From Octopus sinensis (taxonomy: Eukaryota): a stretch of 64,000 bases of DNA. The translations under genes were made by a program, and so were the position numbers. Below the pieces are notes generated by a model. It searched no databases. It was not told where the DNA came from and saw only the letters and a list, made by a program, of their open reading frames with translations. Where the stretch lies: NCBI RefSeq assembly GCF_006345805.1, contig NC_042998.1, positions 174,964,001 through 175,028,000 of the forward strand, in the 5' to 3' direction. Below are positions 1 through 12,639 of the stretch, piece by piece (position 1 is the stretch's first letter; each line of letters begins with the position of its first letter).

Positions 1-1142
1 GCTATCTTAATTGCTGCCATTGAGAAACCCACAAAGACCTGGCAACAATTTTCACACTTAGAACAAAGATCAGAATGTTAATCTCCATTGCCATAAATAT
101 TTCAAAGGAAATATTCCAAGGAGAAAATCTTTCAGTAATTCTGCTAATTTTGGCATTAAATCCATTATCATTCCTGCTACAAAAAGCAAATAGCTACGTA
201 CTAGGTTTAGCAACTGCTAGAGGTATTAATATAACTCATAATTTCTTTGAGGATGACCTGAAGATTTATACTAAAAATGTTAACAATGCCAAAAAACAGC
301 TGGAATTAATAAGATTTTTAGCTGACACAGAAATGGAATTTGACCAAAAGAAATGTTTATATTTGGTTGTTGTAAAAGGAAAATCAGTCCCCCAGAGCCA
401 AAACCAGGTTATCATACAAACAATGCTACAAGTACCTAGGCATTGATGAAGACATATATGAAGGTGCTATGAATAAAGACCCAAGAAAATTATATCATCA
501 TCATCATCATCATCATCGTTTAACGTCCGCTTTCCATGCTAGCATGGGTTGGACAGTTCAACTGGGGTCTGGGAAGCCAGAAGGCTGTACCAGGCCCAAT
601 CTGATCTGGCAATGCTTCTACGGCTGGATGCCCTTCCTAACGCCAACTACTCCGTGAGTGTAGTGGGTGCTTTTTACATGCCACCGGCACAGACTTAGAA
701 ATATATAGCAGTCAGAACTCTCCTCTTGCAACAAGACAGTATCCTACAATACATTTACAGTTCCAGTACTGATTCCAATATTTGGGATATTTGATTGGTC
801 TGTAGAAGAAATCCACTCCATAGACATTAAAACCCACAAGATTCTAACATCAACTGGAAATCTCCACAGAAATAATGATATTGAACAGCTCCACCTAAGA
901 AGACTGCCTGACTGTCAGTCTGGATAAGCTTGGATTTTCAGAAAAAGAAATCAACCAACTGACTTGCACATTATAAATACAGTCTGTAAGCAGTACAGAA
1001 AAACTATGCAAGACTTTTCTCAGGTTTAAAATGTGAGATTGTTTGCGTTATCTACATTCAAATGATGGAGCTTTGTATCTTTGTAAGAAACCAGCTCCTT
1101 TTGCAAAGGAAGAATTTAAACAAGTAAAAACAAAAGAGAAAT
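1..1142 (+). mobile_element. Decayed Dong/R4-clade (RLE) non-LTR retrotransposon, 3' part, internally deleted, with (TACA)n tail
   Basis: ORF 75-446 reads IFQGENLSVILLILALNPLSFLL...ITHNFFEDDLKIY (R2/R4-type RT motifs GIFQGDSLS / H.F+.DDLK). 700-900 encodes a degenerate VPVL..FGI.DW..EEI..IDIKT.KIL segment. 915-1040 resembles the RLE C-terminus (KLGFSEKE...S..K..KTF.RFK). The microsatellite follows directly. Confidence 0.85.
495..690 (-). mobile_element. 5'-truncated RTE LINE 3'UTR fragment with (GAT)n tail, inserted in the Dong element
   Basis: catcatcatcgtttaacgtccg...ggatgcccttcctaacgccaac; same sequence as the 3'UTR attached to the RTE ORF2 end at 8462-9092. Confidence 0.85.
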
Positions 1143-1212
1143 ATACATACATACATACATACATACATACATACATACATACATACATACATACATACAT
1201 AATACATACATT

Positions 1213-1244
<32 letters not shown>

Positions 1245-1262
1245 CATACATACATACATACA
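1143..1262. repeat. (TACA)n microsatellite
   Basis: Direct reading. Confidence 0.98.
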
Positions 1263-1933
1263 ACTTTAATTGAGGTAAAAAGAAGCTACATCAATGTTTA
1301 ACTTCTGATTTTACTTCTCTTTTCCTCAAAATTATTGTTATTCGCTCTGGAAATTATAACATCAATTTGATGTAAATACCTTGGATTGGCAGAGTGCTCT
1401 TTTAATAATTAACCAAAGTATAACTAATTATTCTTTGGTTAAACGAAAGGTGCTCTCTGGTGCAGGTGTATTGATAAAATGCACTTAGTAGACTTTGTAA
1501 GGTGATTGATGATAGGAAGTGTATCCAGGAGCAAAATACAAGCCAAAATGCAAGAAAATTAAATGTACAAGTGTCCTGTGGTCCTTCAACTATAGTATCA
1601 AAATGAAACGCTATTAACAAGTCTGTAGTTTATTAATGCAGCTACCTACAAAGAGTAAACCTTACTTTAACAGTAGTAGGTGGTGCAGACTCTGTTTGGC
1701 TAATGAAAGGATCATACTAAAGAACCCTTTTCTCCTAAGCATCTACTTAACTGTAAGAGTGAGGTTTTCTGTTTGTGCCCTCATGAATGCAGATTTGTTC
1801 TAGCATACTGGCTGACTGCACCATGAATATAAGCATTAGAACATTCACATACATTTTTACCCTCACTAAAATCTGAGAACTTGCCATATGCAACAGTGAT
1901 ATACATACATACATGCTTACATGCATACATACA

Positions 1934-1964
<31 letters not shown>

Positions 1965-2477
1965 TTAGAGTGTTTTGGAAATTCGTTGATACAGTTATAA
2001 TATTTGGAGAGAAGATTTTTTTTCTTTTTTTCTCAGAGCTAAAGATTGAGAAACGAACCTTTTTAGAAAGTCAAAAGACACTAACCTTTGGCAAGAGATT
2101 TCACAAAATTTGTGTAGGCTTTGCTTTTATAAATGTGCAAGTGCTTTCAGTCCTTAACGTTTTCAAGCACGCGTTATATACAGCATGAAAGTTGTTTTCA
2201 GTAAAATTGTTGTTGACTATTTCCGGTTAGTTTCAGACACAGAAATTTTATGAAATATTCTTCTTTTGCCTTTCAGAGAATGTAGGCAGTCATCGAAATT
2301 TTTGTTTGTCTTGTTGTCGAGAGAGGCTCCCTTTCTTTCCTGATAAGAAGATTGCATAATGCACCCTTTATTCCTTTGGAATGAAAACATGTTGTCTTCG
2401 AAACATATGTTGAGAGTAAAGGAATTTTGTTAACATCTTCGTACGACTCCATTCTTTCATTTATTTATATATATATA

Positions 2478-2520
<43 letters not shown>

Positions 2521-2583
2521 CATATATATATATACACGTACATATATATGTATACATGTATTACATATGCATGTATCTACATA

Positions 2584-3470
2584 TGAGGTGGTATCAAAAA
2601 GTTCCTGGGCTAATTACGTTTAATAAAAAAAAATAACTTATCTACCTAAGTTTTAACATCATCTCCTCCAAAATAGTCCCCTTGTGCAGCAATACACAGG
2701 TCCCAGCATTCCTGCCCTTTTGGAATTCATCTTGGAAGTTGTTTTCCATAAGCGAGTGAAGGACCTTCTAGGATTTGTTCCAGATCTCAACAGTGGAGTT
2801 AAAACAGCAACCTTTGAGCTGCATTTTCATCTTAGTGAAGAGATGGAAGTCCATAGGTGCTAAATCTGGTGAATAGGGCAGGTGTAGAAGTGATGCTATA
2901 TTGTTGTTGGCAAGAAACTCATGAATGAAGAGAGCTCAGTGACAGGGTACATTGTCGTCGTGAAGAATCCAGACGTTAGGATTGCCTGCATGGACCCAGA
3001 CAGCTGACCAACAACATTAGTAATGTTGTTGATTATTCTCTGACAATCCTCGTGTACAAGCTGATGAACTTTCTTCACATTTCTTGGGGTGACACTAATG
3101 GCAAGTCTTCTAGGGATGTTCTTCTGATTTTCAAGCACTCATGCTACTTGAAACATTGTGTACAACCCATTGCCTCATCGCCATAAGTTTGCCAAAGCAT
3201 GTTCAATGTCTCTCTGGCAGATTGCCCAAGTTTAATGCAAAATTCACTTTGGTTCTTTGTTCCAACTTCCTGACCATAACAAAATTGCAGACTACAGCAA
3301 ACATGTTATCACAAAAACACAAATTTCACAACTTGCGAAGTAAACACAGCGATGTCACTCAGCACATTGCTTCATGAAAGTCACTGCTAGCACTCAGTGT
3401 GCATACAACTGTGTGCTGCCATCTGTTGGCGCACTACGGAACCGGTCCGGGAACTTTTGATGCCACCTCG
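2584..3470 (-). mobile_element. Internally deleted mariner (Tc1/mariner) element with TIRs and TA target duplication
   Basis: TA|TGAGGTGGTATCAAAAAGTTCC at 2582 and GGAACTTTTGATGCCACCTCG|TA ending 3472. The minus strand encodes the N-terminal KFCIKLG..ARETL.ML...YGDEAM, joined by a deletion to LH.DN.P.H and the C-terminal DLAP.DFHLF..MK..LKG...GDYF, with stops and frameshifts. Confidence 0.92.
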
Positions 3471-3582
3471 TACATACATATAAACAGGCATACACACAGA
3501 CATCCCAACATGTGTGCTTATTTATTTCCCATTTCAAACTTGATTTTAATTTATTTCTCTTGGCAAGTTCTTGTTTCTTTAG

Positions 3583-3601
3583 TTCTCAAGAAAGTATGAG
3601 G
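3583..3601 (+). CDS. Candidate 19-nt micro-exon (coding or UTR unresolved)
   Basis: Pyrimidine tract ...ttcttgtttctttag| and consensus donor |GTGAGT. Confidence 0.3.
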
Positions 3602-3766
3602 GTGAGTGGCAACAAGAACAATGGCAGTTACAACTATATCTTCAATACCTACAGCAACAACAACAACAACAGCAACACTAATTACTCTTGGTTTCTAGTT
3701 TCAAGAATCAGTGTTTGTTTGCACTCTAAATATATGGTATATCTTGTTCTCTCAATTTAAGTGTAT

Positions 3767-3805
<39 letters not shown>

Positions 3806-4204
3806 AGTACACACATATGCACACACACATTTGCACATGCTATACATACATTCACACATACGCACATATGCATCTGTATGACACAAATGCATATACATGA
3901 CATATACTATTGTTTTTCAAGATACAGGGAACCTAATATAGATAATAATTATAATAAATATGTAGGAGTGTGTTAGTGTGTGTCATTGACTCTGTGCATA
4001 AGTGTGTGTGTGTGTGTGCTTGTGTGTGTGCGTGCATGTGTGTGTGTGCATGTGTGTGTTAGTGTATGTTTGTTTTATGTAAAGACATCAACCCTAGTTC
4101 TGCTCACTAGTTTATACTTAGGTATGATCTTTGCTTTACAGTGTTAAAATAGATATGTATAGAAAAAGCATTTCAAAATGTGACCGCATGTGTACCGTTG
4201 GCGA

Positions 4205-4370
4205 TTTTTTTTCCTCTGTCTTCCCTTCTCTGGATCTTTCCCTCTCCTATGTTTCCAACGAAGAGCTCCGCTCAAAACGTTAAACTCTCCTTCTTTCCTG
4301 AGCGTCCAATAATACTATATTTGTTCCGCATCCTCGCGTTGTTGTGTTTTCTTGTTTGGATTAACTTTAT
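4205..4370 (+). repeat. Penelope-type hammerhead-bearing repeat, degenerate copy
   Basis: Homologous to 24640-24830. The core is mutated to CCAACGA...GAGCTCCGCTC AAAAC GTT. Confidence 0.75.
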
Positions 4371-4541
4371 AGAAAAATCATGTTTAGTTGTTTCGTTCAA
4401 TGTTTCTGTTAACTGGTACCTTTATGTAATCATATTTACATTTTTATCTTTCTGACTTGAACTTACTCTTGAACCTCTTTCATAGCACCAACATTAAAAA
4501 TTGGTCTGTTGCTGCTGTACAAAAGTTTCAAGGAGTATGGC

Positions 4542-4900
4542 TATGTGGTTAAGAAACTTGCTTCACAACTATGTGTTTCCAGGTTCAGTCCCGTTGTATG
4601 GTACCTTGGGCAGATGTCTTCTACTACAACAGTTGACTGATCAAAGCCTTGTGAGTGAATTTGAGAAATAAAAACTGAAAAGAAACCTAATGTGTATGTG
4701 CTTGTGCGCGCGCGCGTGCGTGTGTGTGTGTGTGTGTCTGTACATGTGTGTGCCAGTGCATGTTTGTCTTGACATTGCATTTAATTGTAAACAAACCTCA
4801 CCGTTGTACATGTGATGATAGCTGTTTGCAGTCCTTTGTGAAAACGTGTTGGACGAAAAGAAAATATTACCTTGCTTGGAAATAGGGGACTACCACAAGA
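4542..4900 (+). mobile_element. tRNA-derived CORE-like SINE (variant body)
   Basis: ggctatgtggttaagaaacttgc...ggttcagtccc (A/B-box-like), then accttgggcagatgtctt and a central (GT)n. Confidence 0.8.
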
Positions 4901-5124
4901 TCCAGTCCATGTTGTGATATGATGACTTGTATGCCTCAGTGACCCTGAGGAGGATATTTAGTCCTGAATCCCCTGATGAGTGCCTCAAGAAATAGGATAA
5001 ATGTAACTAAAAGAGAACTGAGGACTGAGCATTTGCAGATGTCAGTTTATAGTCCCTCTGTGAATCATTTAATGATTCTGACTATTTTCCCAATACATAG
5101 TTTGGGCAATATTCTCATGAACCA

Positions 5125-5345
5125 AGGCAGTGAACTGGCAGAAACATTAGCACACCAGGCAAAGTGCTTAGCAGTATTTCATTTGTCTTTATGTTCTGAG
5201 TTCAAATTCCACCGAGGCTGACTTTGCTTTTCATTCTTTCAGGGTCGATAAATTAAGTACCAGTTGCTTTCTGGGGTTGGTCTAATCAACTAGACCCCTC
5301 CCAAAAAATTTTGGGCCTTATGCTTAGAGTAGAAAAGAATATTCT
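5125..5345 (+). mobile_element. tRNA-derived SINE family 2 (ctggcagaaac...gagttcaaattcc...ctttcatcctttcggggtcgataaattaagtaccag)
   Basis: Homologous to 11121-11342, 18465-18655 and 57660-57880. Confidence 0.85.
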
Positions 5346-5831
5346 CATGAACCATTTATCCATGATTAGCTTTATCATTGTCCTAAAGTTTCTCGGTCTA
5401 AAAAAGATAAGTGGAATGAAAAAGCTTTCTCTGGAGTTTGCATATGTGAAAGAAAACTTCATATTTTTGTAGCCGTAATACAATAAATATAGCATTTCTG
5501 TTTCAAACTCAGCCTAAATCTATCTTGTATCAAATTGCCCTATAATTATTTTTACACTGACCAAAACTGGAGTTTTAAATTTCTCTCTTTTTTTCTGCCC
5601 CCCCCCCCCATCTCCTTTACCTTTATATAATTTGACAGTTCATGATGCTATGATAGTCATCAGAGACAAAAAATCCTTCCTCTACAAACTAATTAACTAG
5701 TGACTAGTGTGACACTAATATATTCTCAAATTTCAAATCCTCAGCAATTATCCATAAAAGGCTTGCAGCTTTGCAAGTTGTTATGTATTTAACTGCTTCC
5801 TGTATGATTGCTGATAATCTATGTTTTACAG

Positions 5832-5894
5832 AGTGTAAACTCTGTTTTTGTACTCTTCATTCGGCAACCTCTCATGGGGAACCAACAAGGGAAG
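5832..5894 (+). CDS. Candidate exon; contains ATG 5874 giving MGNQQGK before the donor
   Basis: ttttacag| acceptor, AAG|GTTTGT donor, 63 nt. Two reading frames are open, so the frame is unresolved. Confidence 0.35.
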
Positions 5895-6556
5895 GTTTGT
5901 GCGGTTGCTCTCAACCTACAAGAAATAGTATCCAAATCTCCCATAAATTTCACCCTTAAAAAAGACAGTATGGTCATAGATGGAACACTTTTGATCATAG
6001 GTCAGCTCAATCAGGTTTGACCTGTGGTTAAACAATAGCAATAAGAAGAACCTGCTTCTGAGACACATCTATACTTCTTATATTTCATTTTCACTGAAAG
6101 TTAATGTACTTATATATATATTAAATTTCAGATACTTCTTCACAATAACATCCTGATTCAACATGATTCGTTGTCTTGCAATGTCTTTTACTGGGTAAAC
6201 TTGACATTTGGCTTCCTGCCTAACCTCTTTTATTGTTCCTTAAAAGCTTAAAATTTCCACTTATTTTTACAAGTTTTTTTTCTTTTATTTATTTACAATA
6301 GTTGTATGTATTATATTGTTTTATGACCCTGTTGATTGCTATTTAACTGAGCTTTTACTTCATCCACAAAGCTGATCAGTGGTTTGCAATAAATTGTTTC
6401 ATAGAAATGCTCAGTTATTACTGTTTGGTCCTTAAATTTTTTCATATGGTAGCACATTTTAGATGAAATTTTAAAAAAATATTGATGTATTTTATATGGC
6501 AAGTTTAAATAAAAACTTTTTCTAAAGTCAGAAATTTAGAAATTTATGCACAAGTT

Positions 6557-7000
6557 TAGCTGTGTGTTAAGAAGCTTGCTTCCTAACCACATGGTTCTGA
6601 GTTCAGTCCCACTGCGTAGCACCTTGGGCAAGTGTCTTCTATTATAGCCTCGTGATGACCAAAGCCTTGTGAGACAGAAACTGTGAGACAGATTTGGGAG
6701 GCGGAAACTGAAAGAAGCTTGTCATGTGTGTGTGTGTTTGTGTGTGTGTATGTGTGCATGTATATATGTGTGTGCCTTTGTGTTTGTATTTGTCCCCCCC
6801 CCCATTACTGTTTGATAGCCTGTGTTGGTGTGTTTATATCCCCATAACTTAGTGATTTGGCAAAAGAGCCCAATAGAATAAGTACTAGGCTTTAAAAAAA
6901 AAGTCCTGGGGTTGATTTGTTCAACTAAAATTCTTCAAGATGGTGCCCCAGCATGGCCACAGTCAAATGACTGAAACAAGTAAAAGAATAAAAGAATAAA
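6557..7000 (+). mobile_element. tRNA-derived CORE-like SINE, full length, with (taaaagaa)n tail
   Basis: Head, accttgggcaagtgtctt, central (GT)n, and 3' ccagcatggccacagtcaaatgactgaaacaagtaaaaga. Confidence 0.9.
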
Positions 7001-7437
7001 ATTGTTGCTTAACATGTTTCATTAATCATACTTGTATACAACAAAATTGTTAACATGTTTTCAAGACATTGAGCATACATTTTCTAAAGTCTAACATCAT
7101 ATTTTTAAATTCAGCAGTGCGCTTAGATCCTCTTTGCAATGCAGCATCTGTGCAGGTCTTAGCTATAATACACTATTTCTGTTTTTCTTACCCAATAGGC
7201 TCCTACTAGTACCAGTTAGCCAATCAGCCAGAATGACCAGAGGCCTCAGTGAAAGACACTTGCCAACGTACCATTCAGTGAGACTAAACTCAAGACTACA
7301 TTGTAACAAGACAATCTCCATATCCACACAACCAGGTCTCCACATGAACATAAAATCTGTCCTTAGTATGAATATCTCCAACAGTATACCTGAGCATTCA
7401 GCAATAGAGAGTAGTCACTATATTTCATTCCATATCA

Positions 7438-7528
7438 TCTACCTCTGATGAGCACAGGGTAACATAATCAGATTGTTACTTAATACTCCGTTGAATCCCT
7501 AGCGTGAAACCAATTGGTAAGATCAGCC
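7438..7528 (+). ncRNA. Degenerate type I hammerhead ribozyme motif with long stem II and palindromic stem III
   Basis: CTGATGA at 7445-7451. Stem II gcacaggg/ccctagcg. TGAAAC at 7505 (CpG-decayed CGAAAC). Stem III ACC-aatt-GGT, triplet GTA. Stem I only partial. Confidence 0.6.
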
Positions 7529-8101
7529 ATAATGAATATATAATACTGCACACTTTGGATAATATACCCACTTTATTGACAGATATATGAGTGCATTCTT
7601 TCCTGACTTATGGACTCTTAGATGACTTACATATGTATATATGCATATATATATATATAGATGTCTTGCATTTTTATTTTTTTATTATATAAGTTAAAAT
7701 TTTATTTTTATAGATATAATAAATATTTATACCTATTTATTCTATTTTTATTTACAGCAGGATATATTTGTTAAGATATTTCGTATTTTACAAGATTATA
7801 TACGTATATTTATTTATTTATTTTATTGTTTTTATCTTTGACCTGAATTGATTTTACTGTTATCAGTTCTTAAATATAGCCACGAAACACGTGTAGTCAT
7901 TTTACCAAATATATACATTTTATTTATTATTTTGTACATTACTTAATCATTGATATATGTTTTTATCCTATATTTAATTTTTTCTTTAGGATGTAATTTT
8001 TTCATTGCTGAATTGATAAAAGGTGGGTTTTTTTCTAATTTATATATATATGTATGTACATATGTATGCATGCATGTATGTGTATATATATATATATATA
8101 T

Positions 8102-8455
8102 ATCATCATCATCATCGTTTAACGTCCGCTTTCCATGCCAGCATGGGTTGGACGATTTGACTGAGCACTGGCAAACTAGGCTTCAATCTGATCTGGCTGA
8201 GTTTCTACAGCTGGATACCCTTCCTAACGCCAACCACTCCGAGAGTGTAGTGGATGCTGTTACATGCCACCAGCATGAGGGCCAGTCAGGCAGTACTGGC
8301 AACGGTCACACTCAAATGGTATTTTTATGTGCCACCTGCACAGGAGCCAGTCCAGTAGCACTGTCAATGACCTCGCTCAAATGTTTTTGTCATGTGCCAG
8401 TAAGGCAACGCTGGTAATGATCATGCTCAAATGGTACTTTTTACATGTCACCGGC
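8102..8455 (-). mobile_element. RTE LINE 3'UTR fragment with internal ~60-bp repeats
   Basis: Same family as 495-690 and 35440-35905. Confidence 0.85.
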
Positions 8456-8461
8456 AATGCT

Positions 8462-9090
8462 CTGCTGGATGGGTAATGTCAGCATGCATATACAACAGAG
8501 TGTAAGTGATTTGAGAGAAAACTGGGTATGTAATGCATCAGATGTAACATGCAAGAGTGAAGACTGTGCTGGTATGGCCATGTGATGCATATGAATGAAG
8601 AGAGTTGCATCAAGTGGTGCTGATTTCTAATTGTAGAGGGAACATGTGGAAAGAGTAGACCCAGGAAGACATGGGACAAATTGGTGAGAAAGGATCTACA
8701 GATGATGGGACTCACAGAGGGGATGACAGGGGATCAAGACTTCTGGTGCTTGAAGAGACACATCAAGCTAATTAAAAGCTTGGTTGTCCTTGCATACAGG
8801 TATGTCCCCTGAATTCCTCTCCAGCTGAGCATTCTTAACCTTGTGAGCTTGTGGGTGCTGGTGCCACGTAAAAAGTACCCATACCAGTGCCACGTAAATT
8901 CACCCATGACAGTGCTGTGTAAAAGCACCCAGTATGCTTTGTAAAGTGGTTGCTGTTTGGAAGGGCATCCAGCTATAGAAACCATGCCAAAACAAATTAG
9001 AGCCTGGGCAACTCTTCAGCTGATCAGCTCCTATCAAACTGTTCAACCTATGCCGGGATGGAAAACAGTCGTTAACTGCTGCTGCTGATG

Positions 9091-9092
<2 letters not shown>
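8462..9092 (+). mobile_element. RTE-clade LINE 3' end: ORF2 C-terminus plus 3'UTR
   Basis: 8462-8760 translates, with lesions, to the RTE-type ..RL.WYGHV.HMNEE...EG..GK.RPRKTWD.LV.KDL..MGL. It continues into gtgccacgtaaaaag repeats, gaagggcatccagc and a (GAT)-like tail. Confidence 0.85.
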
Positions 9093-9129
<37 letters not shown>

Positions 9130-9557
9130 AGTCTGTGTACACAAGCACATAAATGCAATACCAGAGCCTTGTGAGTGGATTCGGTAGACGGAACCTGAAA
9201 GAAGCCCATCAAATATATATATATATATATATATCTGTAAAATAATATGTGACAATTATTCAATTATTCAATAGCCAAGATAATATTTACATAATATTGA
9301 GGTCTCTTTCTTTCTTTTGTTATCTTACCATTTTTATCAATATATATATATACATGTATATAAACAACTCATAAACAAGGGCAAAAGAAAAAATTTTTCT
9401 AATGCCAAATATGCCGAAAATAGACTTAAATCATCAACAACCACATATAATTCATAATTTAGCCTTTAAAGGTATTTTTAATACGCTGGCCACTGATAAA
9501 ATTTTTTCGAAAATTTCATCCTATATCAGATGTGTGTGTATATATATATATATGGTT

Positions 9558-10078
9558 ACTAGCAGCATAGCCCGGCATTGCACAGCTATGTAAGAGCCCC
9601 TGGAGCAGACATGATGCTCGCTGTGAATTTAAAAAAAATTCCTGCCAATTTGTGAAAGATATTGTCGAAAATATGTCATCTTGAATTTGAACGCGATTTC
9701 CCAAAATGGCATGATTTTATTGATTTTTTCTGATGGTAAGGTATTGCATGGAAAACTAACGTCAGAATTAAGTTTCTTAGGGTAACATTAAGCTTCACCA
9801 TGAGTTTGGTCAAAATCGATTGCAAGTTGCGAAAATTACAACAGAAAATGTGTTGCAAATAAAAAGCTTAGATTCTCGACCCCATGTCGAATTTATCAAT
9901 TTTTTTCAGAACTGGGGGAACTTTTCAAAATTTTTGCTGCATTAGTTTTGAATTATGACATTAGGCTATGTGTGTGTCAAGTTTCATCAGAATCGGTTGA
10001 AAGCCGTGGTCAGGGTGAGGGTACAACCTGACAGACACACAGATACACAGACAAACTGTCGTTTATATAGAGAGAGAT
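9558..10078 (+). mobile_element. Non-autonomous Helitron/Helentron-like (DINE-1/Lep1-like) element
   Basis: Starts actagcagcatagcccggcattgc (subterminal hairpin-like). Ends aagtttcatcagaatcggttg...gacagacacacagatacacagac...tttatatagagagagat. Confidence 0.65.
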
Positions 10079-10790
10079 GTTTGTGTGTCTGTATTTATCA
10101 CCTCACCATCGCTTGACAACCAATGTTGGTGTGTTTACATCTCCATAACATAGCGGTTCAGCAAAAGAGAATGATAGAATAAATACTAGGCTACAATGAA
10201 TGAGTTCTGGAGTCGATTTGTTCAATGCACACACACACACACATGCACACACGCACATACATACACACAACCACACACACACACACATGCACATATATGT
10301 AGGTGGAAGCTGTGTGGTAAAAAGCTTGTTTCTTAACCAGATGGTTCTGGGCTCAGTGCCACTGCATGACACTTTAGGCAAGTCTCTTCTATTATAGCCT
10401 CAGGCCAACTAAAACCTTGTGGGTCAATTTGGTAGATGGAAACTGAAAGAAGCACATCATATATGTATGTGTGTGTTTGTTCTCAATTAACTGCAGAACT
10501 TATTTCATCTGTTTATGAAATAGCTAAATGCTACTGTTTGTCATTAAGGGATAAAAATCAATACATTGATTTACACTGTTACACAAACACACACAAACAT
10601 ATTAATGCCCTATCTCGTGCTGGTGCAACAATAAAATGTACCCAGTATTCTATGTATAGTGATGGTGTCTAGTAGGGCATCTAACCAATGATGTTGGAAC
10701 ATGTGAGCAAGACCTGGTTTTCTGACCTGTCTCAGAGAGCATGCACTGCATATAAGGACTGACCCAGACTGGGGTAACCTAACCAATTTA

Positions 10791-12139
10791 CCAGGCTGAG
10801 TCAAATGTTTTATTGTATTTCAAGCTTTAATGAATAGTTCAAATTACATATGAAAAGCATTTATTGATTAAATTATATCCCATCAAGTTCTAATGTCTGT
10901 TGTCATCATGTGAGGTTTATATTATTTGGCTAGTTTAGAGGCAAACAAACTCTCTGCACCTATTTTCAACATCATCAACACTGCCAAACTTGAAGGAAAT
11001 GGTCCATATCTCAGAAAAGGTGGTCTTGATGGTGCAAAGTCTGGACTGTAGTCAGGGTGAGGCAGTACTTCCAACCCCTCCAGCTGGCATTTGGTCACAT
11101 TATCAGTATATCCTGGGGTAAGGTGGCGAACTGGCAGAAACGTTAGCATGCCAGGCGAAATGCGTAGCTGTATTTCGTCTGCCGCTGCGTTCTGAGTTCA
11201 AATTCCACCGAGGTCGACTTTGCCTTTCATCCTTTCGGGGTCAATAAATTAAGTACCAGTTATGCACTGGGCTCGATGTAATCGACTTAATCCGTTTGTC
11301 TGTCCCCCCTGTGTTTAGCCCCTTGTGGGTAGTAAAGAAATAAGTATATCCTGGGGTATTGTCATACCTGTAGGAGTGTGCATCTTCAATTGACCAATTG
11401 CCATGTAGTGGGCTTTCGAAGCATCATATACTTGCTGTAGTGGCTGAACATAAAGTTTAGTGTTCATATCATGACCATCTGGGACAAACACAAGGCTCAA
11501 CAACTCTTCAAAATTCCACCCAACACAATATAAACTTCTGTTCAAACCAATCTTGTTTGACAACAGGTTCTGAAGCCTGGCTAGAATAAAGCCATTGGTT
11601 TCTCTTATTAGGATTACAATTCAGTGCTCAAAACAGGAATCTTGAGGATTTGCTTGTAGTTGTTTGCAAATGTTCACACATCACTGAACCTGGTCATTGA
11701 TCAGTTCACAAGGAACTTCTAGAGAGCATCTTTTCACAAGACCAAGCTTATTGAGGTGTTGGTTGATGATGCTTTATCAAGGACCAAATTCTGCCATCAG
11801 TGTATGAGTGCTTGTACTTAGCTGTTGTTCAACCATTTCAAGCATGGTCCCATTTTCCACAACAGACGGTCTCCCTGACCTTGGCATGTCTTTGAGACTG
11901 GTATCACCTTTCTTGAAATGTCTGAACCAGTCTTGTGCCACACATTCATTGACAGTTCTCAGGCCTTCCACATCATTAATTTCTTTTGCTTCCATAGACA
12001 GACTAAAATATCTCTAATTGCAATTTATTCACAACTCATTATTATCAAAGCTGTAAAATAAAGAATAAACAATTAATGTTTATATGTTACTGGCTTAAAA
12101 GCTGCAATCCATGCAAACTTTTAAACTAGCTCCTGCAGA
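10791..12139 (-). mobile_element. Decayed mariner transposon interrupted by a SINE
   Basis: Fragments read WFRHFKKGDTSLKDMPRSGRPS (11777-11995), WNFE...VPDG..MNTKLY..LQQVY (11315-11563) and YDNTP / LEVLPHPDYSPDFAPS (to 10922). TIR remnants are very degenerate, so the ends are approximate. Confidence 0.88.
11121..11342 (+). mobile_element. Full-length family-2 tRNA SINE with perfect 16-bp TSD
   Basis: TSD agtatatcctggggta at 11105-11120 and 11343-11358. Removing the SINE and one TSD restores the transposase frame YDNTPGYTDNVTK. Confidence 0.95.
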
Positions 12140-12639
12140 GGGCTGATTGCGCCTGAGTCCCAAAACTAAAGGGAGCTAATTAGCATGACTATAATACGCC
12201 TATAATGACTATATGCCCCGGTGGTGTTTGATCAGAAGTTAAGGCCGGATGAGAATTAATTCTGTAATGCAATCATTCTGTTGTCAAGTTAAATTCCTAT
12301 TGTTGACCAATTTGTCCCAAAGTTCTTATCTCAATGTAAAATTAACTAAGCGAATGTTGTTTGTCTCCCCCTTGATCTCTGATGTTATCAGACAAACGCC
12401 AACCAAGATAGCGTGAATCAGCCAAGCTTTACCTGCAAGAAATAGCAACCGAAATACTTTTTAATCAGATCTCAATGCTGGATGTTCAAGAACCTAATGA
12501 AGGGTAGATTTTCAATCCCAGGATCATCCTGATTCCTAAAAGGTATAATATGTCTATGTAGAGCAAATGTAGAATGATACAGGTGCCCCAGATGGACAGA
12601 CAGAATTTTGCTTTTATTAATATAGATATATTTCTTTCT

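Noticed and set aside
4970-5000. cctgatgagtgcctcaagaaatagg hammerhead-like start
   Set aside because: No stem II closure or stem III; too degraded to call.
6357-6432. Minus-strand exon-like DQTVITEHFYETIYCKPLISFVDE
   Set aside because: Poor acceptor context and no supporting minus-strand neighbours.
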